Source: Podarcis filfolensis (taxonomy: Eukaryota). Taken from it: a DNA stretch of 64,000 bases. Shown here piece by piece: positions 50,101 through 63,765 of the stretch. Position numbers and translations under genes: made by a program. The DNA lies in NCBI GenBank assembly GCA_964270895.1, contig OZ185443.1, one strand, 5' to 3'. The number at the start of each line of letters is the position of its first letter. The first letter of the stretch is position 1. The notes under the pieces were generated by a model. That model searched no databases, was not told where the DNA came from, and saw nothing but the letters and a program-made list of their open reading frames with translations.

Positions 50101-51460
50101 ATTTTCCAATATATACTCAGTTTTCTTACTTTTCTAACACAAAAGCATGTTGTTACACCCATACAGTTCCAGTGCTTTGGGGATCCCAACAGGTATTCCC
50201 TTCCATATGATTAATCCATTGTATACAGTTTGTACTTTATAGTAGCTCCTTCCTTTCTTTTTTCATTCAGTCCACTTTGCTGTCTTTTTTCCTACTTAAT
50301 ATTTTATTAAGTTTACACACACACACACACTATGCACTCACTGTGAACAACAATGCATACACAAAACTGAACATCCTTCTTCGCATCCCCATTTTCCTCT
50401 GTACAGTTTTCATATACTAGAGGTTATAAGCAGTACTTATGGGAATATAAAGCCACGATCGACATCTTGCCTAACTCCCTCATCTATCTTTGTTATGTCT
50501 TTTGCATTATAAAGCACTTTCTTTCCCCCCACCACCCCAGCCAAGACTTGTGGGGGGAAAGGATCTCACCAGACCGAACTACATTGCACTGGACCGACTG
50601 ATGCTAAATGTGTCTGTTTGAAACATATATTTAGCAACCCCTTTTACTCCTGAAGGGCATATTAACTATATTAATCATCTCTAGGTCACTGGAAGCCTTT
50701 GGCTTGGAAAGAGATTATTTAATTACTATTTGCTTTGTCTAGGCCTCTAGACAATCAATGTGCTTTTGACTCAGTGCAAGCATTAACTCTTTTATAACCC
50801 TTCCTTGAGCTCAAAATGCTCCTGTTTACTGGGTACACATGAGCAATCGTTAACATTTTGGGTTTTTACTTGAGGTGATGAATTCGTGATGCCATGCCTT
50901 CTACACTGCCATGTAGATTTGCTCTTTTTAAAAAACAAAACCATCCTATTATTTCATAACATTGTCATACCACTTAAGAGGCTTGTGTGTGTACGTCTCA
51001 TTGAACCAGCCATTCCACATGCACATAACAATGTAATACATTTGATAGTTTTCAAGATGCCACAAGACCGTTGTTTCTACTGCAAAAGATTTACTCCTCT
51101 GAAAGCATAAATGTTGTCCTATTCGGAATAATCATTTGACATATCACTCTTGAAAACTGTACCATTTCAAACTATATGCAGAGGGATTGCACATTTGAAT
51201 ACTGTACTCCTCAATGTTATATTTATGTAAATGGTGGATGAAATCCATGTAGAAATCCTGACATAGTATCTGTGCTACTAGATTCATTTTGAGCAGTTTC
51301 GGTACACTAAGAAAAAAAAAAGGGAAAGTACAGCATATTAACTGTTGGAACTCATCAGCATGCCAACTAGCATAAATTGCTTTGATTATAAAAAGTACTT
51401 TTAATTAACATTTTAATCAAATTCTAGTCTGTTTGGTCTCTACCTACTCCCCTTCCATGT

Positions 51461-51489
<29 letters not shown>
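51461..51489 (+). repeat. (CA)n microsatellite
   Basis: Read directly from the sequence. Confidence 0.95.
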
Positions 51490-51491
<2 letters not shown>

Positions 51492-54400
51492 TAACCTTTC
51501 TGTTGGATTTTCTGATGTGTTTTTTAGAATCTCACCCATCCTGTGATTTTTCTAATTTTTATATTTCTGTTTGTCATTCTAGAATAAACATGCAAAACAT
51601 TATTGTAGTCAGTAGAGGCTGCTAACTCCCTTCAGCTTGATTTGGAACTAGGTCAGCAATTATAAGACTCACTGGATAGCTAAACTTTTAAAAACTAGAG
51701 GAAAACCCCCAGACTCATCTTTTTCTAAGTTATCTAAAATGACCCTAACGTCACCTTGGCAAATTGTCTTAACATTTCACAGACCTTTAATTCACCTTTT
51801 TGACACCAACCTCATCTCACACAAACAGATTCAAAGGATGATATCAAGGGATCAATGGAGAAGATCAAAACTTATGGAAAAGAAACCATCCAATTTCTGA
51901 ATTTACCTAACCAAGCTCTAGGAAACTTCCCAGCCAAAGTAGTGCTTAACATGTGCAATCGTTTCCCCATTTTTCATCTGACACTGACACCAAAAAACAT
52001 TCCTTCCATAAGCCACAGTATTTTTTAAAAATGAACTACATATATTAAATTTGTGGTTATATTTATGCTAAATATTTCTCATTAGTTATGTTTTTAGCTG
52101 TTCCTATTTTATCTGTAAGCTGAATTTAGCCCCTGTCAGGGTGGGGGTGGGGGAGGCAGGCGAATAAATAAATGTGAACAAGCTTCTCCAATTTATTTAC
52201 TAACTTAGTAGCACTGGTCCATTGGTTACTTGAAATATTGTAATTCTCTTCCACAGAATGGTGACACAATTCACTGATACTGTGAAGCTTTTGGGTGATA
52301 AAGTTTGTGTTTTCATATTACACAATAGTGTTTCATGTTGCCCAATTTCCCAAGCCATAGAACATGCCAGGGAATAGCCTTTCACAGGGTCAGTGTCCTT
52401 GTGAGGAAAGAGTCCTGGAGATTTGCACTGCTTTTGTATGCTCTGGTTATCTTCAAACAAACAAGTTATGTTGAATGGGAAGCAAGTATATAAACAGGCA
52501 TCAATTGTCAAAAGCAACAGGACATCCCTAAGGCTTATACCAGTCAAGTCCAAAAACGTAGCAACTGTATCTCTCTTTGTCTAAATTCAAAAGTGTTTCT
52601 CTTTTCCCTTTCTTGGCACTACAGATGGAGAATAATTTTGTTCAGGTCACATTTTTAAGCAAACTGACCTAATTTACACCTTCTGGACTAATGCACAGAT
52701 CAGAATGTAATTATCTATTGGATTTCATGCTTCTCTGAAATAGCTAACGTAGTTCTCAGCTTTAAAAATGCACCAAAATGCAAAAAGTATATATTTTTGT
52801 GATACAATATGTCAAGAAATGTGTACATTGAGCTAGAATAAGCATTTAAATATATATTTTATAAAGTATTATTAAGTGCATATCTAAATACATTTTTCTA
52901 TGGACTTTAAAAAATGCAATTAATCCATGAATGGGGCAGAACAGACTCATGAATGAACACATGCAAAACTGACATGGACCAGATGTGCACTGATTTGTCC
53001 ATCCCTACTTGGCGATAGATTCCCTGGGCGTGGTGGGGGGCTTATCTCAGACCCCCCCCCCTGAGAGGTACAGATATAACTAGCATTCCAAACATCTGGA
53101 AGAGCTAGCCTAGTTTAGTAAGGATCAGTAGTGACTTTGAGTATGTCCAAGCTTTGTAAAAGGTAGCATATTTATTGCAATGCTATTAACCTCCTTGAAT
53201 TCATGGGAAAGGCAATAAAGACAAACAAACACAACTAACCTTTTTGTGAACTGTATTTCAAAGCATTTAGGGAGTGCTGTCTAAAGCATTTTAACAAACT
53301 GGGCAAATGGAAATTTCCATCCAAATTCTATCAATGCAATAAATTCATTATTGCAATATTTTTTTCTTTCATAATTATATAATTAATGTTATTTAAGCAA
53401 TCACTTTCAAGTGGGCATTTCTGGGACCCTGGGCACTTTGAACAGAAGGAGCTAAGAAATGATACTTAGTCCCATTCATATATATATCTCCACCCACACA
53501 TAAACAAACCAAATTATTCTCCAAGATTCTCCGTGTTACAAGTGACCTAATTACAATATGGGCTGGACTGTGCTCAAGGGATATAACAATGCAAGTGACA
53601 AATCTGCTTTTCCAAAAACTGTTTATGTGTATTATCCCTGACTTTTTACATACGGAAATATAAAGCCATTATTCTCTTAACCTTCCATATACATATCCAT
53701 GCCTATCTATGCTCCCCACTACTCTACTAAAATAAACATAAAGTGGAACTCAGATGAATTATATTGAACTCTTGTTGGTTTTAAAACAGTTCAAAAAATT
53801 CAAAACTATTCTTTACTTAACTACTGTAATCCTCTACATGTTCTGCCTTCATACTTGCAGGAAGCTGTAAAAGTCCAGCTGTGACATCTTCAACAGATTT
53901 ATTTCAATGCCCATTAAGTATGCATTTGAGGTGAGAAAATCCATAGTTGCACAAGAAAGAAAGAGTGGGGGAAACTCAGGTTACAAACATGGTTTCAGCT
54001 GCTGCCAAATGTGATTGCTGCAACAGAAGCACTTAGCAGCTGTAAACCCTGTGCAATGAAAGAGACCTCTACGACAACATCTGAGAAAGGTACATGGGCC
54101 TCCACTTTGATTTATTCTCTCTCAACACAGAAGGCAAGAAAGGTTATATCCATGAAATATGTTGCTCTCTTTTTTGGCAGAACGTTTTGCAAGATTGGTT
54201 CAGCCGATAGTCGGTTATGATTAGCTTGCTCCCTCAGGGACGCAATCCTAAACATACTTCTCTGAAAGGAAAGGCACATTCCTAAAAGCCACAGCATTTT
54301 GGCTCCACGTGTGCTAGGATGGCTTCTCCCCTGTCCTGTATGTACAATGTGATATGTGGAATACATCCTGTCTATATACATAATGACACAAATATACTAG

Positions 54401-56579
54401 GCTCAAATTCCACATATGCAACAGAAGGGAGTAGTTGCAGCATGTGGATGAGGCATATATTCTGTATCTTGCGTGTGCGTGCATATATATATATAGCATT
54501 GCAGGGAACATACACAAGACTGTGGCTCGTTCTACTTTATATGTGGAATCTAGCCATGTGTGGAGCCTACCTACTGGTGTGAATTGGCCCTAAGCCCCGT
54601 GGATTTCAGTGGGGTATGACTTCCAAGCAAACAAGTTTTTTTGCTTGGTGGGTTTTTCCAAACAATGCCCTGCAAAACATTATAAGGTTTAATAAACCCA
54701 GTTATCAACTTCATTTCTCCATGATGGAGACTACATCTTATGGGGCCAAGGGAAAAGAAGACAAGACAAATGAAAATAAAGAAATGTACCTATTGTTATT
54801 AAATAGCAATGTAACAAATGTTTGTGCCATAGGAGCCAGATTTGTGTACTTCATGGATTACCTCAAAGGAGTTCATATAGCTGATAAACTGATTTAAAAA
54901 AATTACTCAATATATTTCAAATAACTGCATTATACTCTAGTCTACTGCAATGTTAGCTTCACATTCAGTTGTCAGGGGCGGGGAAGCACCAAAATAATTA
55001 TCTGGCTATTATCAGTTAGTGACCTTTTCCACTTTGTTTCTTCTCCTTCCCAACTGTAGAGTGAAAGGAATCTTCTGACTGCTCTTCTGTTTAGAGATAA
55101 TGATCAGTTCAGCTGATTGGGGCATCTCTGCCTGCCTTTTATCTAGCAGCCTATCTGGTCTACTCATGATTGACAGAGTATAATAAAGCCTAATCTCAGT
55201 TTCAGAATCACAGCAATACACATAGGAACAAGATTTCATTCCCTACCGTTTGATAAAAAAGTGAAAACAAATTGACTGTTTCACTACTTTTTGATAGCAG
55301 TGAAAACAATATATGACTTTTCCTTAATGGCATAAAAAGTATACCGGCCAATGTAACCATTTCAAACAAATATTAGTTCTATTATATAAGAAGCCATATT
55401 TTCCAGTAGCTGCCGCCCCTATCAGAGTTGTCGTCATCACCAACCTAGGAACTTCAATGTGAAGGCAGCACCTTCTGGTTTGTTCTTTTTAAATTTATTC
55501 ATCCCAGTCCTCTGTATTTTCCACAAAACTACATTCATTTATCAAAGAAATGTATATGCTACCTTTTAAACAAACTGTCCCAAGATAATTAATTAATTAA
55601 TTAATTAATTATACAAAATAATCCAATTACAAAACTATAATTACTACTGACAATTTTATGTCAACAACAGTTGAAAGATCCATTAGGTATTCAAAACTCA
55701 CATCAGAATCCACAGGAGTGAATTCCACAGACAGATACTTGAATTTGCAACATTTCAGGTTTGATCTGTTTAATTATTCTAATCGAGTATCAACCAAAAG
55801 TGTAGTGGTGGTAGTTGTTCACTCAAAGGTCAGGCTGCATTTTGAGTGTGTTGATTTTATAACATTAAAAATGCAGAATTCATGATATTCTATGAACTCA
55901 GACAGTTGGAAGCATAACCATAAACCCTTTATCCCGACTGTCTGGATTTTAAAAACAAAACAAAATACATTGCAAGCTGTATTTTGCACATCCACATTTT
56001 TATTTTGGATCTGACATGAAAATCCACCAATAAATTATGTACCTTGAAACTGATTATCTTAGTCGTCCATTAACGAAACTGTTGCCTTCCAAAAAGAATT
56101 ATTGACGACAGCGTTAATTGTTGTAGTAGACACCTTTATCCTTAACCAGTGAGATGGTGAGCTAAACATTAAAACCTTCTTTTGTGACTCCATAAAGATG
56201 TATCATGAAATAATTCTCATTAACCTCACTTTCTATATTGTTCTGGTATTACACAACGTACTTTGAAAGATATTGTTCTTTCACCGTGCTTGTCTAAAGT
56301 TAGTAGAATAAAATACATGCAGTAGGTGGCCCAGACAACAAGACCCCCACTCTTGACCTCATTGATGTGGTCAAATGAAAACAGAGCAATGTGTTTGGCA
56401 CCAGCTTAGCTGCAGGAGTTGCTGGAAGGACCTCCATACACACTGCCCAGGCCTGTCACTAAGGTTTGACGTCCTCCCAGGAGGTGCAACCCATTGCCTC
56501 TTGAGACAGATGGATGCCAACAACAAGTAGGTGGTAAATTACAACCCATAAGGAAGTATAATAAAGTCACAAAGTTTCT

Positions 56580-56790
56580 GGTGGTTTCTTAAAATTTATC
56601 AAATACATTCTGGCATAGGCTTTTGTGGACGAGAATCCATTTTTGTCAGATGCACCTGACAAAACAAGGACATAAAAACTTATGCCACAGTAAATATGTT
56701 AGGCTGAGCCTAAGTCCCCTTGAACTCAGCGGGACTCAGTTCTGTGTAGAGATGTGTGTAGAGCTGTGCTGTTAAGTCTTTAAAGTGCTA
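56580..56790. mobile_element. Old, head-to-head Penelope pLTR remnants with a decayed hammerhead
   Basis: Inverted junction TTTTGTCAG-ATGCAC-CTGACAAAA (56641-56664). The minus arm has a degenerate hammerhead core. The plus arm CTTATGCCACAGTAAATATGTTAG...TCTTTAAAGTGCTAC is interrupted by a short hairpin repeat. Confidence 0.55.
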
Positions 56791-57849
56791 CCTAAATTCC
56801 AACTACTCAATAATACAGTTAGATAATTAATAAAAACCATACTAATTTATTTGTTTTTTTACTCATATGCCAGTTGCATGTTTTCATACTGGATTAGAAA
56901 AGGGGCAAATTGGCTAAGAAACTAAGAAACTTTCAAGATTTTAAACAGTTCTTAATTTTAGCTTCACAACCATGAACACAAATGGCAGAAACAACAGCAG
57001 ATTCAACAATGGAGCCTTTGACAAACATTAAAATACTGTCCCCAAGTGCTCAATCAAAAACCAGAAAAGTAATATATTTCTAACCTGTAGCGATTAATTC
57101 TACTTTAACTCTGCTTTCAATAGACATTACCATACAATGCATACGATAGCATCACACCAATAAGTCCAGTTGGTTTTAATGCACCAATTAGTCCAGTTGG
57201 TTTTAAAATAAGAACTTATTTTCTAAACTTGCTGGAAGTTATGTAGATGAGACCGAGGCAAAGAATTCATAAGGACAAGAAAGGAGAGTTAAAACTAGCA
57301 GCCTTTTGCCATATAGCCTACATCATGCTCAACATTGCAAGAGTTGGGATGGGGGGGAGGATGTTTCTTTATAGAATATGAAGCAAGTATCAATAATTTA
57401 ATGTCTGAAATCAGTCTGACTTGCACTCTAAGATGCACCCTGTGTAACTATATATTTTAGTGCTATCTCCAAGAAAGGTGGTAATGGTGAAGCAACTGGG
57501 TATTGGAGTTTTGTTTTGTTTATTTTGCATACTCAGATACAATGGCCAAATAACCAGAAAAAAACAGCCTTGGCCTGGTTTGTGCTTGGTTCACAAAAAT
57601 CTACAGATGAAATTTTCCACAGACCAGAGATAGCGTTGGTGCCAAAGCATGAAAACGAGCTAGTACATTTCCTTCTTTCTTCTCTAATGGGAATAAACGC
57701 CTTATTTTGGGTTGTGTCATTTCTGATGAATTTTTCCTGATCGTTTTGACACTATACCATGGTTTCATCTGCTGTTTTCCTCCTTGCTTCTGTTGACTAC
57801 TGATTCTAGTTTTAGTTTCCTTATTTTAATTGATAACAAGATAGAGACA

Positions 57850-57982
57850 AAATTTTAAAAAATCCTTCCAGTAGCACTTTAGAGACCAACTAAGTTTGTT
57901 ATTGGTATGAGCTTTCGTGTGCATGAACACTTTTTTTTTATTTTGTTTCGACTATGGCAGACCAACACAGCTACATACCTGT
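57850..57982. mobile_element. Penelope-like pLTR insertion with an internal inversion and a 12-bp TSD
   Basis: 57850-57930 is the reverse complement of the segment seen at 16044-16115; 57931-57982 is the next pLTR segment in forward orientation. AAGATAGAGACA at 57838-57849 and 57983-57994. Confidence 0.8.
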
Positions 57983-58499
57983 AAGATAGAGACAGTGTGA
58001 CATAAGTGCTAATGCTAAAGTTGGGGACATTCAGATCCAGCCACGGAGCACATGAAATGATTGATCCATTCTGCTCTCCTCCACACATTTTTGTTTTTTT
58101 TGTTTTTAAAAAACATTTTATTTACAATTCTATCAATAGTGTGTCTTGCCTTCAAGGAGTTAAAACTTGTATATATGGTTCTACCCTTCCCTAGCTTATC
58201 TTCACAATAACCCTGTGAGGTAGGCTGTGCCAAAAGACGTGATGGCCCAGTGAGTTTCATGGCTGAGTGGGGATTTTGGCCTTGATCTCAAAATGACAAC
58301 TGTGAAGCTAAAAGGGGGCGAAGAAAATCGGACGCCATCCTGACCTTGGAAGAAAGGGAAGTTGTGATTTGGTTTGGTTTGGTTTTTAAATGCAACAGAT
58401 CCTTGCAAACTGCTTTGAGAACCGTTACAGTTGTAAAGCGCCGAGCAAATCTTGTTACGAAACAATAACGAACAAATAACATTTAAAGAAGCAGCCATC

Positions 58500-59900
58500 C
58501 AGCCTATGCAAGTATTTGCACAGCATGCGAGCTGCTTTTTCGGGGCGCAGCTACGGTGGCCGCTGAGGAAAACTCTGGACAACTCTTGACTCGGCCCGAG
58601 GAAAGGCCGGCGCGGCCTCGGCAGCAACCTTCCCGCCAGCTCCTGACAGGGTGAGGGTGGAAGCAGCCCGCTCCGCCTTTTCCCACGAAGCTGCCCCGCT
58701 GCCACTGCCTGGAAGCCCGGAGCTCGTCCTGACCCCGCTGCCCTGACCCGGGACGCTTCGCCCTCTGCCGTGTTCCGGAGGCCGGAGCGTGGGAACCAGC
58801 CAGAGCGAGAGCCGGACGGGCGCGCCGAGGGGGGAAGGCGGGGCCCGCAGGCTCCCGCGGCGGCTCCGGTTCCCTTCAGACCGCGCGAGCCTCTTGCCGG
58901 GCGCAGGACCTGCCTCGGCACCAGCAGGGCGGGAAAGGAGAGAGCTGCCCGTCGCGGCCCGTCTTTCCTCTGTGGAAAGGGTAGGGAGGTCCGGAGAGGA
59001 GTCCTGGCTGAGGAACCCGCTTTGCTATTGGCAGGACTTTGCGGAGCTTCCAAACCACCAACCGCGTGCGGAGGGTGGGGGGCAGTGAAGGAATGGTGCG
59101 CATAGGAAGGTGAGGGAAACGGCAACAATACCCCTCGCTCCCCCCCCATCACCTGCCTCAAGTGGACCATGCCCAGAGAAAGGCATTCGCGAACCAATTT
59201 AGGGCAGAAGAAGAAGGAAAGCGGTGGCGCGCGGTGAAGGTTGGGCTAGACCGAGGGAGCGGCGCAGGCACCGCTTGAGCAGGCGAAGAAGGGCGGGAGA
59301 GGGCCACACCCCGGCGCGCCAGGCAGCGCCAGCCCCTCCCCTCCGCGCCCTAGCGCTGTCCAGGGTCCCCATTTGCCCCGGCTGGCGGCTACGAGACGTC
59401 TTTCTCCTCGACGCCTGAGCGAGAGGTGGCCGCGCGCCGCCGACCCGAGCAGCCCCACCGCCGCGCGCTCGCCCCGTTGCCGCCTGCTTTGTGGCGCACG
59501 CTTCCTCCACTCACCCCGTCGCGCTGCTTCTCCCCTTTCGCTTCGCCCGGCGCTCGAGCGGCAGTCGGCGGCTCTTGCTGCTGCTTCTTCGGCGGCGGCG
59601 GTGCCTGAGGGGAAAGCGCCGCTCGCCTTCCCAGCTCGACAGCCTCTCCCCGGCGAACTCATGTTGGAAACGTGCGTTTGGACAGCTGGCTTCAGCCGCT
59701 TCTTCTGGCCCCTCCCCGGCCTCTCGCTCCAAGCGAGGAGGCGCTTTCTTGGGCGCCCAATCGGAAGAGCCGCCGCGGCAGGAGCGGAGCGGGGGGGGGG
59801 GGGCAGAAGAAGCGACACAAAAGGAGGAAAGATAGCAAGGTGCGGGGGGGAGAGAAGAAAGAGCGAGGCACTCGTTAGGTGGCACATTTTAAGACTTCCC
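58500..59900 (-). promoter_or_regulatory. CpG island, probable promoter and non-coding first exon(s) of GUCY1A1
   Basis: GC- and CpG-rich segment 17 kb 5' of the first coding exon. Strong donor CGGG|gtgagt at 59515, a second donor CAG|gtgatg at 59153, and CCAAT at 59757. Boundaries approximate. Confidence 0.8.
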
Positions 59901-60029
59901 ATCATCTTGGGTTCTACTGTGTTCAGTCGCCGATTACCGTAAATACAAACACGGATAGGTTCTTGGCTGCCACATAAAGCCTTGCCCCTTATTCTAAAAT
60001 TGTTGGGAGTTAAACACCTTCACTATTAT

Positions 60030-60243
60030 TATTATTATTGCATTTCTATCCTATCTTTCCTCCAAGGAGCTCAAGGTGGCACCGTCTTTCTCATTTTATC
60101 CTTAGAACAACCCTGTAAGGTAGGTCGGGCTGAGAGTGAATGAGTGACTGAACCAAGGTCACACAGTGAGTTTGATGATTAAGCTGCATATGATTTGAAC
60201 CCTGGTCTCCCTGGTCCAGCACTCAAACCACTACAGCACACTG
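60030..60243 (-). mobile_element. Older Squam3/MIR-like SINE
   Basis: ACAACCCTGTAAGGTAGG...CCAAGGTCACACAG...ATTTGAACCC...AACCACTACAGCACACTG with an (ATT)n tail. Similar fragment at about 58190-58290. Confidence 0.7.
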
Positions 60244-62346
60244 CATCATATGTAGCTTGCCCCAAACAGATAAACATACCTGGATGCCACTGGGAACTCT
60301 TCTATTCCACCAGTCTGCATTCCTCCCCGCCCCCAGCATCCACTGCCTTAGCCTATGTAATGAGAAGGCCAGCCCGGTTAATCCATCTCTTCAAGTTATA
60401 TGGACCTTTCCAACTTGGCATCATGCCGGAAACTTGCTTCTGAGCCGGGAGTGGCCTGCCACAGCACTGTCAAATACTTGCAATAAAGACTATGCTCAGG
60501 AGAAGCAGAAGTGGAGATGCTTCTGGGGGCCTACAGATGAACAAGCTCCTGGGTGCTATAGATGAGACTCAAGCTGTCATGAATTGCCTGCCACTATCAG
60601 GAGTTCTACCAGGATTGGAGAACCTCAGTCCCAAGATGCAAATACAGCCCTCCAGACCTCTCTATATGGCCCTCAAGACTCTCCCCATGGCACACACTTC
60701 AAGCTCTGCACCCTCAGTTGTTTTTGACTGGCTGTAATGTAATCATCCCTTTTGCATGGATAGAGGATGGAGAAGTCAGTGTGCATGTGGAAACCTCCAA
60801 TTTTCAATGGTATGTGCTGAGTAAACTTCAGGTGGCTACCACCCAACATTTTTTCCATGTAAGGATAACCAAACGTAACTAAGGCCTTTGATTGTTACCA
60901 AGAAAATCTCTCTTCCTATATAGATAATACCTCTTTTTCCCTTTTCTTTTTAAGAAAAAAAATAGGGCAGCTGCTCATGAAAATGTCAAACTGATTTGTG
61001 TAGGATACAGTTTAGGATTCCTTATCCTAAGTGGGGAAATGGGTGCATACACATTAATGTGATAAGACGTAAATATTGAAAATACAAAAATGTAGAGTGC
61101 AAACATTATGATACTGATATATTTGGTTATTCATATAACTAGAGTTGCAAACGCAAGAAAGAAAGGAAATGCTGTCATTAAAGTGAAAAAATGCATAAGG
61201 CTGACAGTGTCTTGAAACTGATCATTCTGTACATCTTTACCAGTATCTGTTTTTCTCCAGTGGAGTTGTATGCATGCAACAAGTTTTGGTTTCCTCTTCT
61301 TTGGAAAAGCAGCCCAGTTTTGGCATACCCACACAGCAACTCATTATGCTTTGGCTTGTGAATTTTGCAAATAGGGAATTGTTCCTAGCTTTTTATATTG
61401 ATCCCTGAGCCCTCATTTTGCTCTGGATTCTAGCATGTTCTTTTGTATGTTGTATTTTGTAACTTTATAATGCATTGTGGCTTGGCTCTAGCTGCATATA
61501 AATAAACAAACAAATGTAAATATTCAAGAAGCTGATCATGATATGCCTCCTTTTTTCTTTTTCTTTTAAAAACATCTGGATCCACTCTTCACTTTATGGG
61601 AAAATCCTCTGAGTGTGTATTAAAAAAATCATTCATTGTAAATACATGCACACAAATTGAACACAGATGAAATCCTTCTCGTTCAGGAAGCTGAATCATT
61701 AATTGGACTAACATTTGACTGGTTGCAGTTTTGAAATTACTCTGATTTATACAGATGAAAAACCTTATGTTCTTAAGTGGTAATAAATGCCAAAAACATT
61801 TTGACATCAAAATTGTATGTGATTATTATTATTGTTATTAGAAAATATTTGTTTTGGACTAGATTTTTTCCCCTGCTTTCAAAGTTGAACTCATTTATTT
61901 CAATCTGACTCTGTGTTATTTATCACATCTGTAATACACTGTAGTTTATAAAATGGTTTATCATTCTTATCTTCACAGCAATCTGTGAAGTAGGTTAGGA
62001 TGGGAATTATTATTCCGCACCAGTCTGCCACTCTTCTTCATGGCTAAGCAGTAATAAACCACCCTAAGGAAACTTCTAAACAGTTTTGTTGGCTGGCGGT
62101 TGCAAAGGAATGAATTGCGGGGAACCAACTGAATCTTAATTGAAACTTAATACAAATAAGAAGGGGTTACTATTGGGTGGAGGAGTTTGTGGTCCAGGAA
62201 TGGATTAGACCAAGGCCCGTTGAGGCCAGCATTCAGGTCTCACAGTGGCCAACCAGATGCCTATGGAGAAACTGCAAGCAGGACCTGAGTGCAGTAGAAC
62301 TCTTGCCCCTTGTGATTCCCAGCAACTGGTAATCAGAAGCAGACAA

Positions 62347-62697
62347 GGGATGTGGGCGGTGCTGTGGTCTAAACCACTGAGCCTCTTGGGCTTGCCAATC
62401 GGAAGGTTGGCAATTCGAATCCCCATGACGGTGTGAGCTCCTGTTGCCCTGTCCCTGCTCCTGCCAACCTAGCAGTTCGAAAGCACGCCAGTGCAAGTAG
62501 ATAAATAGGTACCGCTATGGCGGGAAAGTAAACAGTGTTTCTGTGCACTCTGGCTTCCGTCATGGTTTAGTTGGTTTAGTCCTGCTGGCCACATGACCTG
62601 GAAAGCTGTCTGTGGTCAAACGCCGGCTCCCTTGGCCTGAAAAGCGAGATGAGCACCACAACTCCATAGTGAAGTATGTCCTTTACCTTTACCTTTT
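62347..62697 (+). mobile_element. Sauria SINE, near full length
   Basis: GGGATGTGGGCGGTGCTGTGGTCT head, ATTCGAATCCCC B box, CAAGTAGATAAATAGGTACC body and a (CTTTAC)n tail. Inserted next to a CR1 3'UTR remnant. Confidence 0.85.
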
Positions 62698-63104
62698 ACT
62701 CAGAAGCAAATGGCAAGGTAGTGCATGAATTCTGTGTTGCTTTTACCAAACACCTGATAGCCAAAATAAAAATAAAAATGCATCCAAACAAGGAGCTTGC
62801 ATTGCTGGATATCAGATCTAATAGGTACTTGAAACATTTTTATTATTATTTAAACCACCTATTTCAGTAGCCATCACACCATCCCTGCCAATGAATCCCA
62901 TAGGTAATTATACTTTCTGCAAAGAGCTGCTTCCTTTAGCCTTCCTGAACCTGCTGCCTTATCAATTTAATTGGATGCCCTGATGCAGTTCTCATGTTTT
63001 GAGGCAGTGTGCAGATTTTTCTCTATTCATTATTTCAACATAGCAAACGAGCCTACCATTAACAGTTCTTCTTAAACACCAACATTGATTGGAATGGGAT
63101 TTTT

Positions 63105-63107
<3 letters not shown>

Positions 63108-63142
<35 letters not shown>
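63108..63142 (+). repeat. (AC)n microsatellite
   Basis: Read directly from the sequence. Confidence 0.95.
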
Positions 63143-63144
<2 letters not shown>

Positions 63145-63514
63145 TGCTGCTTTTGCAATAAACATGCAAAGTTCAAAGATGGATATTTTAGAATGACAAT
63201 AGGCACAACTCACAACTTTGTTGGGGGGGGGATACAAAAAAATGGTGCCTACCCATCTAAATATGATTTTGTAGGCACTTCATAGTAAATTGAATTTATG
63301 TCATATTGTCGTTGTCCATTTGTTTTCTAGATGCTTAACAATGAACCATTTTTATGCTGCCTTCCTCCTGTTATTTCTTTCTTGTATTAAGAAAACTTTT
63401 TCTTAATACTGTACCCTTGTACATTTTATTTTAAATCTTTAATCAGAAGATGGTGTTAACAGGAGAGCCTTTAAGGGAAGAGAATAGAGGATGGTGAGCT
63501 AGATTCCCTCTTTT

Positions 63515-63765
63515 CAGTGGTACCTCGGGTTAAGAACTTAATTCGTTCTGGAGGTCCGTTCTTAACCTGAAACTGTTCTTAACCCGAGGTACCACTTTAA
63601 CTAATGGGGCCTCTCGCTGCTGTCGCACGGTGGCAGCGGCAGCGGCACAATTTCTGTTCTCATCCTGAATCAAAGTTCTTAACCCGAGGTACTATTTCTG
63701 GGTTAGTGGCATCTGTAACCTGAAGCATCTGTAACCTGAAGCGTCTGTAACCCGAGGTACCACTG
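63515..63765 (-). mobile_element. Tc1/mariner-pogo MITE, same family as 35569-35810
   Basis: CAGTGGTACCTCGGGTTA ... GTAACCCGAGGTACCACTG|TA, with internal TIR-like copies and 16-bp repeats. Confidence 0.9.

Noticed and set aside
56050-56170. Locally CpG-rich intronic stretch, a possible enhancer analogous to the human GUCY1A1 intronic risk enhancer
   Set aside because: Orthology and conservation cannot be established from this sequence alone.
57155-57206. 25-bp tandem duplication (period 27, one mismatch); similar short duplications near 21376-21408 and 30088-30113
   Set aside because: Two-copy local slippage duplications with no spacer structure; not CRISPR-like and not informative.
58202-59942. 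Long ORFs (331, 219 and 189 aa) over the GUCY1A1 island
   Set aside because: Same GC-content artefact; one of them runs into a SINE fragment.
62395-62405. Third CCAATCGGAAG copy
   Set aside because: Lies inside a Sauria SINE at a position where the other SINE copy reads CCAATCAGAAG; most likely coincidental.
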